Of a stretch of 64,000 bases of DNA, positions 1 to 9,645 are shown in pieces (within the stretch, counting starts at the first letter, position 1; each line of letters starts with the position of its first letter). The notes beneath the pieces are model-generated. The model saw nothing but the letters and a program-made list of their open reading frames with translations. It was not told the origin of the DNA and searched no databases. Origin of the DNA: a virus. A program made the translations under genes and the position numbers. The stretch is taken from positions 64,001 through 128,000 of the IMG/VR virus record IMGVR_UViG_3300009183_008543, one strand, 5' to 3'.

Positions 1-836
1 GTTCCAGATGGTATCTTTGCTACTATTTTTTCTTTATAAACAGTTGGAACCTCTACTTCAAATCCCTTATAAAGTTGAGGATATGTACATGGCATTTCAA
101 TAATTATATGATTGTCATGTCTCTGAAAAATTTCATGCTTCAATACATTTACCAAAATGATAAGATCACCAGCAGAACCTCTCTTTTCTCGACAAGGCTC
201 ACCTTGTCCAGAAAATTTCATCATGCCATCAACAGCACCCGCTGCTATATTAATTTGTATTTCTGCAGATTCTTGTTCTTTTGAAAAACTAGATCCAGAA
301 CACACATCACAAGATTCTGCACTTATTTTTCCAGAACCGGCACAAGTCGAACATTGAGTTTGCAAATTAAAATTTGGCTCTATTTTGACAAATTGCAGAC
401 CACTTCCATTACATTTATTACATGTCTGAATAGATTTAGAACCACTACCAGAACATGTATTGCAAATCTTACTTTTTGTCACACTAATTGTTTTGGAACA
501 ACCAGATGCAATTTCTTCTAAAGTTACATCAACTTTAGATTGTATATTTCTACCTTTAAATGTTGATCTTCCAAAAATATCATTCATGGTTTGTGAAAAA
601 CCATGCGACCATTCATTATTTGATCCAGAAAAACCAAATTGATCAAAATGACCCTTTTTACGAGGATCATTTAAAATGTCATAGGCTTCTTGAACATCAC
701 GAAATTTTTTTTCGGCATCAAGAACGCCTATATTTCTATCTGGATGATATTGTTTTGCCAACTTTCTGTAGGCATTTTGAATATCATCAGAATTAGAATT
801 TCTGGAGAGACCCAGTATTTGATAAGGGTCATTCAT
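1..836 (-). CDS. dnaJ: Chaperone DnaJ (3' end runs off the window; not in the ORF track)
   Basis: Manual translation from ATG 836: MNDPYQILGL...AYRKLAKQYHPDRN (J-domain HPD), four CxxCxGxG-type zinc motifs (CNTCSGSG, CNKCNGSG, CSTCAGSG, CDVCSGSS), GDLIILV. Confidence 0.93.
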   Translation of the reverse strand, partial: MNDPYQILGLSRNSNSDDIQNAYRKLAKQYHPDRNIGVLDAEKKFRDVQEAYDILNDPRKKGHFDQFGFSGSNNEWSHGFSQTMNDIFGRSTFKGRNIQSKVDVTLEEIASGCSKTISVTKSKICNTCSGSGSKSIQTCNKCNGSGLQFVKIEPNFNLQTQCSTCAGSGKISAESCDVCSGSSFSKEQESAEIQINIAAGAVDGMMKFSGQGEPCREKRGSAGDLIILVNVLKHEIFQRHDNHIIIEMPCTYPQLYKGFEVEVPTVYKEKIVAKIPSG

Positions 837-847
837 ATAATAATTTC

Positions 848-1186
848 CTACTCAGACAAAACCGCCCTAATTGCCATAGGTTCCATCAAAAAAGTATCTC
901 TATGTGTTCCGTTTACATTTGGAGATAAAACACCAGCACCACTAATAAGAACTCTATCACCAACCTTAAAGCCCCAAGATTCATCATAGGTTGGTCCTAC
1001 AGCCTTTACATAGCCTTGGAGTGGAACCTTAGGATCAGTTCCATCAGATAGCTTAAGAACAGTATTCATGAGTTCTTGTGCAGTTAAAACTTCAACAAGG
1101 ATTTGAGATCCGCAAGGTTTAACTCCCTTGATAGAAGACGAACAAGATAAAGCCATTCCATCTGCTCCAACAATTTTCTTAGTCAT
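848..1186 (-). CDS. groES: GroES/Cpn10-like co-chaperonin
   Basis: VKPCGSQILVE, GYVKAVGP, FKVGDRVL and IRAVL match the Cpn10 pattern; adjacent to dnaJ. Confidence 0.8.
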   Translation of the reverse strand: MTKKIVGADGMALSCSSSIKGVKPCGSQILVEVLTAQELMNTVLKLSDGTDPKVPLQGYVKAVGPTYDESWGFKVGDRVLISGAGVLSPNVNGTHRDTFLMEPMAIRAVLSE

Positions 1187-1238
1187 ATAAATGCCCTTTG
1201 TAAAAATTCCTGATTATTATTTGTTATAGTAACTTTTA

Positions 1239-1475
1239 TTATATTTCTTCGCTACTAAAATAATGAAAATTTGGCAATATTGGTGCTGTAGTCAAAGTTA
1301 TTTTTCCAACTGAATCAACAATATCTCCTGATGGGAGTTTTTTATAAAAGTCTTCCACTAAATTATCACAAAAATTATCAATTAGGTCTAAATGACCAAA
1401 ACATCCTTCTTGATATACTGATTTCACAAAAGATAAAAGTTCTTCTTTGTTTATAAGTTTGCAATCCTTATTCAT
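1239..1475 (-). CDS. Hypothetical protein
   Basis: 78-aa ORF with GAGG RBS, packed in a minus-strand operon. Confidence 0.6.
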   Translation of the reverse strand: MNKDCKLINKEELLSFVKSVYQEGCFGHLDLIDNFCDNLVEDFYKKLPSGDIVDSVGKITLTTAPILPNFHYFSSEEI

Positions 1476-1482
1476 ATAATCC

Positions 1483-2691
1483 TCACAGCCAATAAGTAAT
1501 AAAATAACACTTGTGATCTTTTTCAGCCACTATGATTGGATAAAAAATATTATTTTGAATCATATAACGATCAAAATCAAGCTTGCAATCGTTATAATCT
1601 TTATGTCTTCTTTCACAACCATTCAAATCAACAAAACCATAATGAGACTCATATTCTGGAATCTTAACTGATGGAACAATTATTCCAAAAAAATCAAAAA
1701 TAGGTTTATTTCCAACTTCTGGAAAATTATCTAATGTATTAAAAACGCCATTTACATTATCGGTTACAATAGATTTGAAATAAGATAAAGGATAAATAAT
1801 TGGCTGATATTCAAAGGCATCTAAATTTGAATCGCCAATAAATTTAACTCCCTGCAAATAATCATTTTTTATACTTATTTTTAAATTATCAGAAGAAAAT
1901 TGATAATCTATGTTTTCAACCTTCATTTCAAAGCCAATATTTCTTGCCAATATAATAGCAGATGAAGACATTGTTATTCTGTTGAATCCAAAGTATGTAT
2001 TATATACATGATCTTGAATATTTATAAGGTTTTTTCTAATCTCTTGAGCCAACATCAAACAACCCATTTGTTCGTATCTATCAGCCTTAATTTCCATGTC
2101 TTTTAATTCAGAAAACAAAGATTCATCGAAACGCAAGTGCTTATAAAAATCTTGCGAGTGACTTGTATAATAACTAATTCCTTTTTTATAAACTCCATGC
2201 AAATCAATAAATTGCATCTTCTTTTGACATCTTATTTTTTCAATTTTATCTCTATCGTTGACAAAGCGAACATTACATCTATTTTTTTCTGGTTCATCTA
2301 TTTTCATGATAGAGTTATATTTTTTTTCAATATAATTTATTGAATGTTCCATCAAAATATTTTGAACATGTGCAAATTCTTTTTTTTTCAATAATTTATA
2401 AGATATAATTATTTCATTTATAAAATGCGAAAGATCACTTTTATCTTTAAATGATCCATCATAGCAATTTGAAAGGTCTGGATGTTTTCTATCGATTGAA
2501 GAAAAAAAAGCATACATCTTCTTACCAATACTTCCAAACAATGATTCAATCAATTGCTCGTCACAAGACAAAATTTTATCTATAATCTTACAATCAGACT
2601 TTTTTAATTTTAAATTATTCTTTGTTCGATTGAGTCTTTTACAAAACTCTTCAAAAAAAGCTTTTGTATTATCTGACAAAATATTATTCAT
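1483..2691 (-). CDS. Hypothetical protein
   Basis: 402-aa ORF with GAGG RBS; no motif recognised. Confidence 0.75.
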   Translation of the reverse strand: MNNILSDNTKAFFEEFCKRLNRTKNNLKLKKSDCKIIDKILSCDEQLIESLFGSIGKKMYAFFSSIDRKHPDLSNCYDGSFKDKSDLSHFINEIIISYKLLKKKEFAHVQNILMEHSINYIEKKYNSIMKIDEPEKNRCNVRFVNDRDKIEKIRCQKKMQFIDLHGVYKKGISYYTSHSQDFYKHLRFDESLFSELKDMEIKADRYEQMGCLMLAQEIRKNLINIQDHVYNTYFGFNRITMSSSAIILARNIGFEMKVENIDYQFSSDNLKISIKNDYLQGVKFIGDSNLDAFEYQPIIYPLSYFKSIVTDNVNGVFNTLDNFPEVGNKPIFDFFGIIVPSVKIPEYESHYGFVDLNGCERRHKDYNDCKLDFDRYMIQNNIFYPIIVAEKDHKCYFITYWL

Positions 2692-2698
2692 TTGTGCC

Positions 2699-3256
2699 TC
2701 ATGATTTGGAAAATATACTACAAATCATTTTTGAGCCATCAAATTTTGGTGCAATTTCCACTTGACTTTCTTTAGCTAAACCATCGATCAACTTTTGCAT
2801 CAAAATAATTCCACCTTCACGATGATTCATTTCCCTGCCTTTGAATTTTATTACAAACTGCACCTTATAACCATCTTCAAGAAACTTTCTTGCCTGACTA
2901 AGCTTTGTTTCAATATCTCCACACGCAATTGCTGGACGCAATCTAATTTCTTTATACTGAACAGTTGCTTCTCTTTGCTTTTTTGCCGCCTCTTTTTCCT
3001 TCAGCTTCTTTTCATATTTAAATTTTCCATAATCCATTATTTTACATATAGGTGGAGATGTATTTGCAACTACTTCGACTAAATCTAAACCAGCTTCATC
3101 GGCAATTTTTCTGGCATAGTCTGTATTTACGATTCCAAGCTGTTCATCTCCATTTGAAAGTCTAACTTGTGGTACTTTTATTTGAAAATTTATTCTTAAC
3201 TCACCGGGCTTTAAAAAATTGTTATTGTCTGGTCTTCGATAATTCGAATGATACAT
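2699..3256 (-). CDS. infC: Translation initiation factor IF-3
   Basis: RINFQIKVPQVRL, GLDLVEV, PPICKIMDYGKFKYE, KEIRLRP, KFKGRE; ATG start overlaps the upstream TAA (TAATG). Confidence 0.96.
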   Translation of the reverse strand: MYHSNYRRPDNNNFLKPGELRINFQIKVPQVRLSNGDEQLGIVNTDYARKIADEAGLDLVEVVANTSPPICKIMDYGKFKYEKKLKEKEAAKKQREATVQYKEIRLRPAIACGDIETKLSQARKFLEDGYKVQFVIKFKGREMNHREGGIILMQKLIDGLAKESQVEIAPKFDGSKMICSIFSKS

Positions 3257-4767
3257 TAATTTTTTCCTTCATTGAAATTCAAATTTATAATACTAAGCTC
3301 TTTAGATTTTAGGCACTGATTGATTATACTTTCTAAATCAGTCTCGGAATTGGCTGCATAGCCATTTCCAGATCCATAAAAATCTCTAAACATTTTGAAA
3401 TTAAATCCAGTGTTTCCCAAAACGATAATGATTGGGTTTAACTTAAATTTCAATATGGTCGGTAACTCTAACATAGATATTTTAAATGAATTCTCATCAA
3501 TAATAACTATTGGTCTCAATTCTTGCTTTGCTAATTGAACTCCCAAACATCCGGGAATGGCAAATCCACTAGAATATTTGAATGCTGGACTGAAAAATCT
3601 ACTTTGTCTAACTTTAATCTTTGATGCATATATGAGATAATCGCCAGCATCAGATATTACAGTAAGATTCTTATCATTTGCCATAAGTTGATCTATAAAT
3701 GAAAATAATTTTGAATATTTTTTACAATCATTTTCATTTAAAGTTTTATAATCAACAACTTTTTTGGCGAATGATTTTGCAAATAAAGAATTACAAAAAT
3801 CTATAAATGTAACATTGTTATAAACATGATTTTTTATATACAATCCATCGGTAGAACAAAAAACAACTTGCCTTTTAGCAAATCTTGGAGATTCAAATCC
3901 TAAAGTCATATCAGCAATACATTCTCCAAAAACCAACAAACAATCACTACTATCAATCATTTCAATTACTTTTGCATCAGAAGATTTCCCGCAATAAACT
4001 CCACAAAATAAAGGATGATTTTCATCAATCGATGATTTTCCCAATAGCGTTGTCATAAATGGAATATTATACTTTTCAGCAAAACGAACCAATCTATCAC
4101 TTAATCCATAACGAACAACTTGAACTCCAACTAAAATAACTGGTTTATTTGATGATTCAAGCCAAATAGAAGTCTCTTCTATGGCATCACTTAAAGTTTC
4201 CGCATCACTTAATTTTGTGCTTGGTGTGCCTTGACGATAAACATCGTATTTTATTGGTGTGTTTGCAATATCGACTGGTAATTCCAAATAAATTGGTTGT
4301 TTTTTATTTTGTAGATCTTCAATAGCAGAATCTATCGCAAATCCAGCTTTTGTTGCATCATCTAATATTATTGAATTACATGTTATATTTTTAAATATTT
4401 TTTGCTGGTTATCAAAGCTTTTTACCAAATGATGAAGAATAAAATCTTTATTTCTATTTTTTATAGATGGAGAAATAGAAACAACTAAAATAGGAGATTT
4501 TTCTGCGTAGGCTCCAGCAATAGAATTACATAATTTTAATGCACCAGCATTGTAATTTGCACAAACACAACCGACTCCATTTATTCTTGCATATGTATCT
4601 GCAGAAAATCCAGAGCCTGTTTCATCAACATTATTTATGAATTGAATTTTATTGCTTAATTTTATATTTTCAATAAATGGATTGCCGTCTTGTCTAGAAA
4701 CTCCAAATATGTGTTTTACACCTAGATTTTCTAGTCTTTCAATAAGAAATTCAGAGACAGAAGGCAT
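3256..4767 (-). CDS. Pyruvate/indolepyruvate decarboxylase-family (ThDP-dependent) protein with divergent cofactor motif
   Basis: SVSEFLIERLENLGVKHIFG, ADTYARING, NSIAGAYAEKSP, ILHHL, TTLLGKSSIDENHP; the GDG...NN motif is replaced by DEN...GN. Confidence 0.85.
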   Translation of the reverse strand: MPSVSEFLIERLENLGVKHIFGVSRQDGNPFIENIKLSNKIQFINNVDETGSGFSADTYARINGVGCVCANYNAGALKLCNSIAGAYAEKSPILVVSISPSIKNRNKDFILHHLVKSFDNQQKIFKNITCNSIILDDATKAGFAIDSAIEDLQNKKQPIYLELPVDIANTPIKYDVYRQGTPSTKLSDAETLSDAIEETSIWLESSNKPVILVGVQVVRYGLSDRLVRFAEKYNIPFMTTLLGKSSIDENHPLFCGVYCGKSSDAKVIEMIDSSDCLLVFGECIADMTLGFESPRFAKRQVVFCSTDGLYIKNHVYNNVTFIDFCNSLFAKSFAKKVVDYKTLNENDCKKYSKLFSFIDQLMANDKNLTVISDAGDYLIYASKIKVRQSRFFSPAFKYSSGFAIPGCLGVQLAKQELRPIVIIDENSFKISMLELPTILKFKLNPIIIVLGNTGFNFKMFRDFYGSGNGYAANSETDLESIINQCLKSKELSIINLNFNEGKN

Positions 4768-4786
4768 AGGCTATTCTCCTACACTA

Positions 4787-5542
4787 CTATGACAACTCAT
4801 TACTTGGACTATCATATATCTTAATTTTATATCCCTCTGTATCGACAGGGAACCTTCTGATCCACTCAACATTTTGAGGAAGGCTGCAATTATAGTCAAC
4901 CAAACTAGGATCAGTAAAACTTGGTGTCGCCATTGCAGCTACAGCTACAGGAGTTACCATTTTCATAAGTTTAAATTCTAAAAAATAACAACCCGGCAAA
5001 CATGTGTCTGCTGGTTGCCAATTATAAACCAAGAAACTTTCTGTAAATACATCTTTTTTAGTTGTTCCGTCAATATTGATAATGTCTTCCATTGCCATTT
5101 CTGTGACTGCCGAAACATTTGTGAATTTTATAATCTTTAAAGATTGTCCTTTTTTCCAAGATTGTACCAAAGTTCCATGATAGCCTCTTTCGACTTGAAC
5201 ATAATAATTTGATTCATCGAAAGCAGTTACCAACAAATGTTCGGATTGTCTTGGTCTATCGATTACTATTACATCTCCAATCATGATTTGATTAAAGCCA
5301 ATATTATCAGCCAAAGAAATGTAAGTATCTGAATCTGAAATAGATGACTTAATCTTTCCATTTGCCCACATACTGGCTTCTAACACCAAATCTGTGAGGT
5401 CCAAAGGTCCATCACAATCTTCGACTTTAATTCGCAAGTCAGGCTTTGTGTCATTCCTGCGAATTTTAAAGTCTGGACAATCATTAGTGCCACAATTATA
5501 TTGATCAATGCATCCAGTATTTGTATTTGATGTACATCCCAT
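4787..5542 (-). CDS. Putative virion structural protein (BppU N-terminal-like)
   Basis: FKIRRNDTKPDL...GPLDLT and YNWQPADT...GCYFLEF resemble baseplate-upper-protein N-domains; VERGYHGT insert; ATAAATA just upstream. Confidence 0.5.
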   Translation of the reverse strand: MGCTSNTNTGCIDQYNCGTNDCPDFKIRRNDTKPDLRIKVEDCDGPLDLTDLVLEASMWANGKIKSSISDSDTYISLADNIGFNQIMIGDVIVIDRPRQSEHLLVTAFDESNYYVQVERGYHGTLVQSWKKGQSLKIIKFTNVSAVTEMAMEDIINIDGTTKKDVFTESFLVYNWQPADTCLPGCYFLEFKLMKMVTPVAVAAMATPSFTDPSLVDYNCSLPQNVEWIRRFPVDTEGYKIKIYDSPSNELS

Positions 5543-5546
5543 AAAT

Positions 5547-5969
5547 CTATTTATGCGTGTTTGACAATATATCTTTTGAGCGCATGAAAAAAATATAATC
5601 TCTCATCCAATTAAGATTGCCAACATAGGCAAAAATCTCAATTTCTAATGTCGAACACAAAGAAATAACTTCATCGTTAATTTTGAGCGTTTGGAAAAAA
5701 ATTATTTTTTTTACATAGGAATTAGCCAGCATTTGAATTGATTTGTAATCTGGCGTATATGTAAAAAATACCTCTTTGCATTCTGGAATTCCAGTTGTTG
5801 AAGCCATGAATAGCTCCGGATCTAATGAATCTTTTTCAGATTCTCCAGTACAAATATTGAAGTTGTCAAAATAATCAACAAACAAAATACACTTTCCATG
5901 AATTGTTCTAGATGCACTTAAAAGTGCTATTCCCATATAATAATCATTATCACGAACTTTTATGCTCAT
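5547..5969 (-). CDS. dCMP-deaminase-like protein lacking catalytic Zn ligands
   Basis: N-terminal DYYMGIALLSASR matches the deaminase start; HAE appears as DPE and PCxxC as PDYKS. Confidence 0.5.
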   Translation of the reverse strand: MSIKVRDNDYYMGIALLSASRTIHGKCILFVDYFDNFNICTGESEKDSLDPELFMASTTGIPECKEVFFTYTPDYKSIQMLANSYVKKIIFFQTLKINDEVISLCSTLEIEIFAYVGNLNWMRDYIFFMRSKDILSNTHK

Positions 5970-6376
5970 TAACTCGCCACCGTCTGTAAAAATTCGACTT
6001 CTAAATTTTTATATCCCTTTTTCTTTACAAATGACTTAATGGCATTTCTCTGCTCTTCATTCATCAATTTGAAACAAAGTTGCTTGCAGATTGGAACTCT
6101 AATTACATAATTTTCATGTAATTTCAAATAACAGCTATAACCAATATAACCAATACTGATAAAGTCAACACATTCACGCAAATAGGAATCTGATGTGCAA
6201 TCATAAGGATAACCACTTATAGCCGTTCCTTGATAACATGGAATATGCATAAGATTATTATTCTTTTGATTTTCATCTGTGAATACAGCAACCAAATATG
6301 TCTTCTTTGTGCAATCTAAACTTAGATTGATGGATTTTTTTTGACTCGACAACAATGTCTTTATGTTAAAACTCAT
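5969..6376 (-). CDS. Hypothetical protein
   Basis: 135-aa ORF, stop overlaps the next start (TAATG). Confidence 0.65.
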   Translation of the reverse strand: MSFNIKTLLSSQKKSINLSLDCTKKTYLVAVFTDENQKNNNLMHIPCYQGTAISGYPYDCTSDSYLRECVDFISIGYIGYSCYLKLHENYVIRVPICKQLCFKLMNEEQRNAIKSFVKKKGYKNLEVEFLQTVAS

Positions 6377-6382
6377 AATATC

Positions 6383-6412
6383 ATTGTATAGCTAGAACCA
6401 CATTTCAGTCAA
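6383..6412 (-). promoter_or_regulatory. Sigma70-like promoter, probably giving a leaderless mRNA
   Basis: TTGACT-N18-TACAAT, then 6 nt to ATG 6376; no SD. Confidence 0.5.
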
Positions 6413-6446
6413 TATGACACCATAAAAGTAAAGATTGTTGATCAAA

Positions 6447-6965
6447 TTAAGATGATCTTTTGTCTTTCTTGTCTACTTCTGTTTTTTTCTTTGTTTTATT
6501 TAATTCTATTTTTTTCTTAGGCTTATCTTGTTTCGATATTTTTGCCTTATTCTCTTTTTTGTCTTTTTTGTCTTCTTCTTTATCTTTGTCTTCTTCTTTA
6601 TCTGTAACCTTAACGCCATGCTTCTTCATTATCTTTTTAATCTTTTCTTGAGATTCAGACTTTTTCTTGGCAAGTTGTAATTCCCAAAGATCTTTAGCCA
6701 AAGATTCTACTGACTTTATAAATGCATCTATATTAGGATTAACTAACTTTGAAGCAGATGCCTCCCTAATATACCTTTTCTTTCTTTTCTTTTTTTTGTG
6801 GCTTCGCTTTAAAGCTTTGGTAAGCCTTTCGACTTGCCAAGGAGGTGGTGTTCCGTGGCTGAATATATCAGCAACAGGAGGAGCCAAACCTAATGAGGCT
6901 TGTGTTTTAAGCCTTGTTGCTGGACTTGATTCTCGTATTTTTACCCAATCAGAAAATTTAATCAT
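6447..6965 (-). CDS. Basic/charged protein with capsid-targeting-like N-terminus
   Basis: Starts MIKFSDWVKIRE; Lys/Glu-rich C-terminus. Confidence 0.65.
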   Translation of the reverse strand: MIKFSDWVKIRESSPATRLKTQASLGLAPPVADIFSHGTPPPWQVERLTKALKRSHKKKKRKKRYIREASASKLVNPNIDAFIKSVESLAKDLWELQLAKKKSESQEKIKKIMKKHGVKVTDKEEDKDKEEDKKDKKENKAKISKQDKPKKKIELNKTKKKTEVDKKDKRSS

Positions 6966-6975
6966 AGTGAACTAG

Positions 6976-7293
6976 TTATACTTTTGGCAATGAAGTTATA
7001 GAAAATTTTCCATTTTCTATTTTTACCAAAAAGTCAAAATCTAATTCTTTTTTAGCTTTAGCATGAGCTTCCTGTAATTTAAGCAAAGCATTCCACATAA
7101 TTTTCATATATCGTTCTTGGCAATATATTCCAGTATGATCGACAAAGTTTCTATAATTCCCAAAGAGAAAAATGTATCTTAAAAAAGAAATCTGAATATT
7201 TGTTGTAAAATATTTCAGCAGATACTTTTTTTCTCTTGGAAATTCATAGTTTTCAAAATCTCCAGCGATAAATATCGCATCTTCCTTAGACAT
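6976..7293 (-). CDS. Hypothetical protein
   Basis: 105-aa ORF overlapping the upstream gene end. Confidence 0.65.
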   Translation of the reverse strand: MSKEDAIFIAGDFENYEFPREKKYLLKYFTTNIQISFLRYIFLFGNYRNFVDHTGIYCQERYMKIMWNALLKLQEAHAKAKKELDFDFLVKIENGKFSITSLPKV

Positions 7294-7693
7294 TAATTTG
7301 AATGCCCTTTACAAATTTCAAATACATTAGCATCATACCGCCAACAAATTGCTGTGGCACTCCTGCCTTACTTATAACAGATATTGATTCCGCAACCATT
7401 TTAATGTCAGGGGCGACATCTCCATTCATCTTGGTATCTTCTTCTGAAATATTACGCATACATTCGTAGGCTATATCGACACTATCGATCAACGATGTTG
7501 ACAAAACCATTGAAACTTTCTTTTCGTTTGTGACCATATACTTAGGAATCTTACCACCACAATGCATACTCTTATCTTCAAAGAATTTGTCTATACATTC
7601 TTTGACAAATTTATGAATACTTTGAGTTATTGGGTCTGAAGATTGATCGCTATTGTCTTCGAAAAAATCGTCTTCAAAAAAATCGTCACGCAT
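7286..7693 (-). CDS. Hypothetical protein
   Basis: 135-aa ORF with AAGGAG RBS and acidic N-terminus. Confidence 0.7.
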   Translation of the reverse strand: MRDDFFEDDFFEDNSDQSSDPITQSIHKFVKECIDKFFEDKSMHCGGKIPKYMVTNEKKVSMVLSTSLIDSVDIAYECMRNISEEDTKMNGDVAPDIKMVAESISVISKAGVPQQFVGGMMLMYLKFVKGIQINV

Positions 7694-7779
7694 GTGTGCT
7701 TACTCCTTGCAGCTAGGGTGATATTTGTTTGGTATTTAATCCTATATTTCAACCAAACAAAATTTATAGACTTGGTAAG

Positions 7780-7787
7780 TATAAATA
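7780..7787 (+). promoter_or_regulatory. T4-type late promoter TATAAATA
   Basis: Exact T4 late consensus 18 nt upstream of ATG 7806, ahead of a GAGGTG RBS. Confidence 0.55.
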
Positions 7788-7805
7788 ACAAAGAGGTGAT
7801 GTCAA

Positions 7806-8294
7806 ATGAAAAATATTATTTTATCAATCATTTTATGTTTTAGCTTAGTTGGATGCTCCAATTTCAATCCACGCATGCAAAATAAAATTGATAATAAGAA
7901 TGGTAAAATAGATGAAATAAAGAATAATCAAAATGGACTCATGCTTGAGCTTGGAAAACTTAGGCAAGATGCAGAAATTCAAAATAGTCAACTTAAAGAA
8001 GTTCAGCAAGGTATGCTAAATTTAAATGCCACAGGAATTCGCAATGAAAATAAAGGAGTTCAAATTTTACAAGGAGATGGAGCTTTGATACTAATATTTG
8101 CTTTAGGAACTGTTGCTATGTTGCTCTTCTATAAGAGAAAGTCAGATAAAAATGAAAAAATTGCAAATATCATGGCTAAAGAAGTGATGTTGCTAAATGA
8201 TCAAAAACTAAATGATAAAATTTTAAATTTATCCATAAAAACAAAACTAGAAAAAGATGTTTACAAGATGATGTTCAAACATATTAGGAAATAA
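7806..8294 (+). CDS. Lipoprotein with coiled coil and a second hydrophobic helix (possible spanin-like lysis protein)
   Basis: Signal peptide ending LVG-C (lipobox), heptad-rich middle, TM-like ALILIFALGTVAMLLFY followed by KRK. Confidence 0.6.
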   Translation: MKNIILSIILCFSLVGCSNFNPRMQNKIDNKNGKIDEIKNNQNGLMLELGKLRQDAEIQNSQLKEVQQGMLNLNATGIRNENKGVQILQGDGALILIFALGTVAMLLFYKRKSDKNEKIANIMAKEVMLLNDQKLNDKILNLSIKTKLEKDVYKMMFKHIRK

Positions 8295-8612
8295 TTACTT
8301 AACATCAAATCCCTGCAAAACTGTTTTTAGCTTTATAAATCCAGAACAATTATCTCCCAAAGGAACTCCATCAAGATAAGGATTATTTCCTTTTGATTTA
8401 GAATTTGCAATAAAATCATCCACATCAGTATCAATCATATGCCTTTTCTGCTTTATCAATTTCAAACAATAGTATTTCGAATGATCCGAATCATCTTGTT
8501 CTAAGTATCTGCATTGATCTGATGGGTTAGAAAAATCTCCATAACAAACATGCTTTATTTGCTTTAGGCTCAACATATAATCAACTCCTATGAATAGAAA
8601 TTTGTTTTCCAA
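8295..8612 (-). CDS. Hypothetical Cys-containing protein (start probably MLSLKQ)
   Basis: Four spaced Cys; GGAG upstream of the internal ATG. Confidence 0.6.
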   Translation of the reverse strand: MENKFLFIGVDYMLSLKQIKHVCYGDFSNPSDQCRYLEQDDSDHSKYYCLKLIKQKRHMIDTDVDDFIANSKSKGNNPYLDGVPLGDNCSGFIKLKTVLQGFDVK

Positions 8613-9081
8613 TTTGTGAAATTAGAATTCCATTAGCATGATCTATTTCGTGCTGACATATAATGCATTTGAATCCAGAAACCTCTTCATCAACATCAAT
8701 AAGATTCAATGTCGGATCTGTGGGAGAAACCACTAGCTTCTTGCCTTTTAATTTTATCTTTGGAAACCTTAATACTTCATATTGCTTTAATGTTCCATCA
8801 TCATTTCGAAGTGACAAACAACCTTCTAAATAATTTATTTTTTCGCCTATCCCATCATAACTGCAATTTACAAGATATTCAAAACCAATATCTTTGATGG
8901 CGATAAAAAAATTATACGGCACATTGACTTGTGTTGCAGATAAGCCAACACCTCTATTTTTTACGCAAAGTTCCTCCATATGAATTGCCAATTTATAAAT
9001 ATCCATCAAATCATCTAATGGAATATCTTTGCCAATTGGTATTTCTTCTGGAGGAATTAATTTAAGATTTTTAAAATCCAT
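8581..9081 (-). CDS. def: Peptide deformylase
   Basis: All three PDF motifs: GVGLSATQ, EGCLS, QHEIDH. Confidence 0.95.
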   Translation of the reverse strand: MDFKNLKLIPPEEIPIGKDIPLDDLMDIYKLAIHMEELCVKNRGVGLSATQVNVPYNFFIAIKDIGFEYLVNCSYDGIGEKINYLEGCLSLRNDDGTLKQYEVLRFPKIKLKGKKLVVSPTDPTLNLIDVDEEVSGFKCIICQHEIDHANGILISQIGKQISIHRS

Positions 9082-9083
9082 TA

Positions 9084-9347
9084 TTATTCTTTAATAGATG
9101 TTAATGTTCCTACAACAGCTTCCACTCTTTGAGATAGCCAATCCTTAAGTGCTACATCATTTTTGCGAAGATCCTTAGGAACTTTCAATATTACCATGTC
9201 AACATTATCTTCTTCATTTAAAAATTTGTCTGCCAAATCTCTTACCAATTTAGAAACAGATACATTTCTTTTCTTGGCAACCGATTTAAGCTTTTCTTGA
9301 ATGTCCGTATCCATGGACAAACTAAGAATATTTCCTTTTTTACTCAT
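9084..9347 (-). CDS. Ribbon-helix-helix (CopG-like) DNA-binding protein
   Basis: ILSLSMDTDIQEKLKSVAKKRNVSVSKLVRDL. Confidence 0.7.
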   Translation of the reverse strand: MSKKGNILSLSMDTDIQEKLKSVAKKRNVSVSKLVRDLADKFLNEEDNVDMVILKVPKDLRKNDVALKDWLSQRVEAVVGTLTSIKE

Positions 9348-9352
9348 GTTAC

Positions 9353-9637
9353 CTACTTCTTTTTCTTGTTTGTGCGATTGTCTTTCTTTTCCGTTTTTCG
9401 ATTCGGGAAATTCTCACGCAATTTTACTTTCAAACGCTGAAGTTCTGCATCTCTCTTTTTCTTACGCTTCTTGCGTCTCTCGCTTTCATAGAACTCATGT
9501 TCTTTATAATCATGTAAAATTCCAGCATCGGTAACAGCTTTTTTAAATGTAGCGAACATTCTTCTAAACGCTGTTTCTCTTTCATCTCTAGAACAATTAG
9601 GATGCAAGTCACGCATCTCAACTCTAACAAGCCTCAT
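9353..9637 (-). CDS. rpsU: Phage-encoded ribosomal protein bS21
   Basis: AFRRMFATFKKAVTDAGILHDYKEHEFYES followed by a basic helix; GAGGTG RBS before ATG 9637. Confidence 0.75.
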   Translation of the reverse strand: MRLVRVEMRDLHPNCSRDERETAFRRMFATFKKAVTDAGILHDYKEHEFYESERRKKRKKKRDAELQRLKVKLRENFPNRKTEKKDNRTNKKKK

Positions 9638-9645
9638 AAAACACC

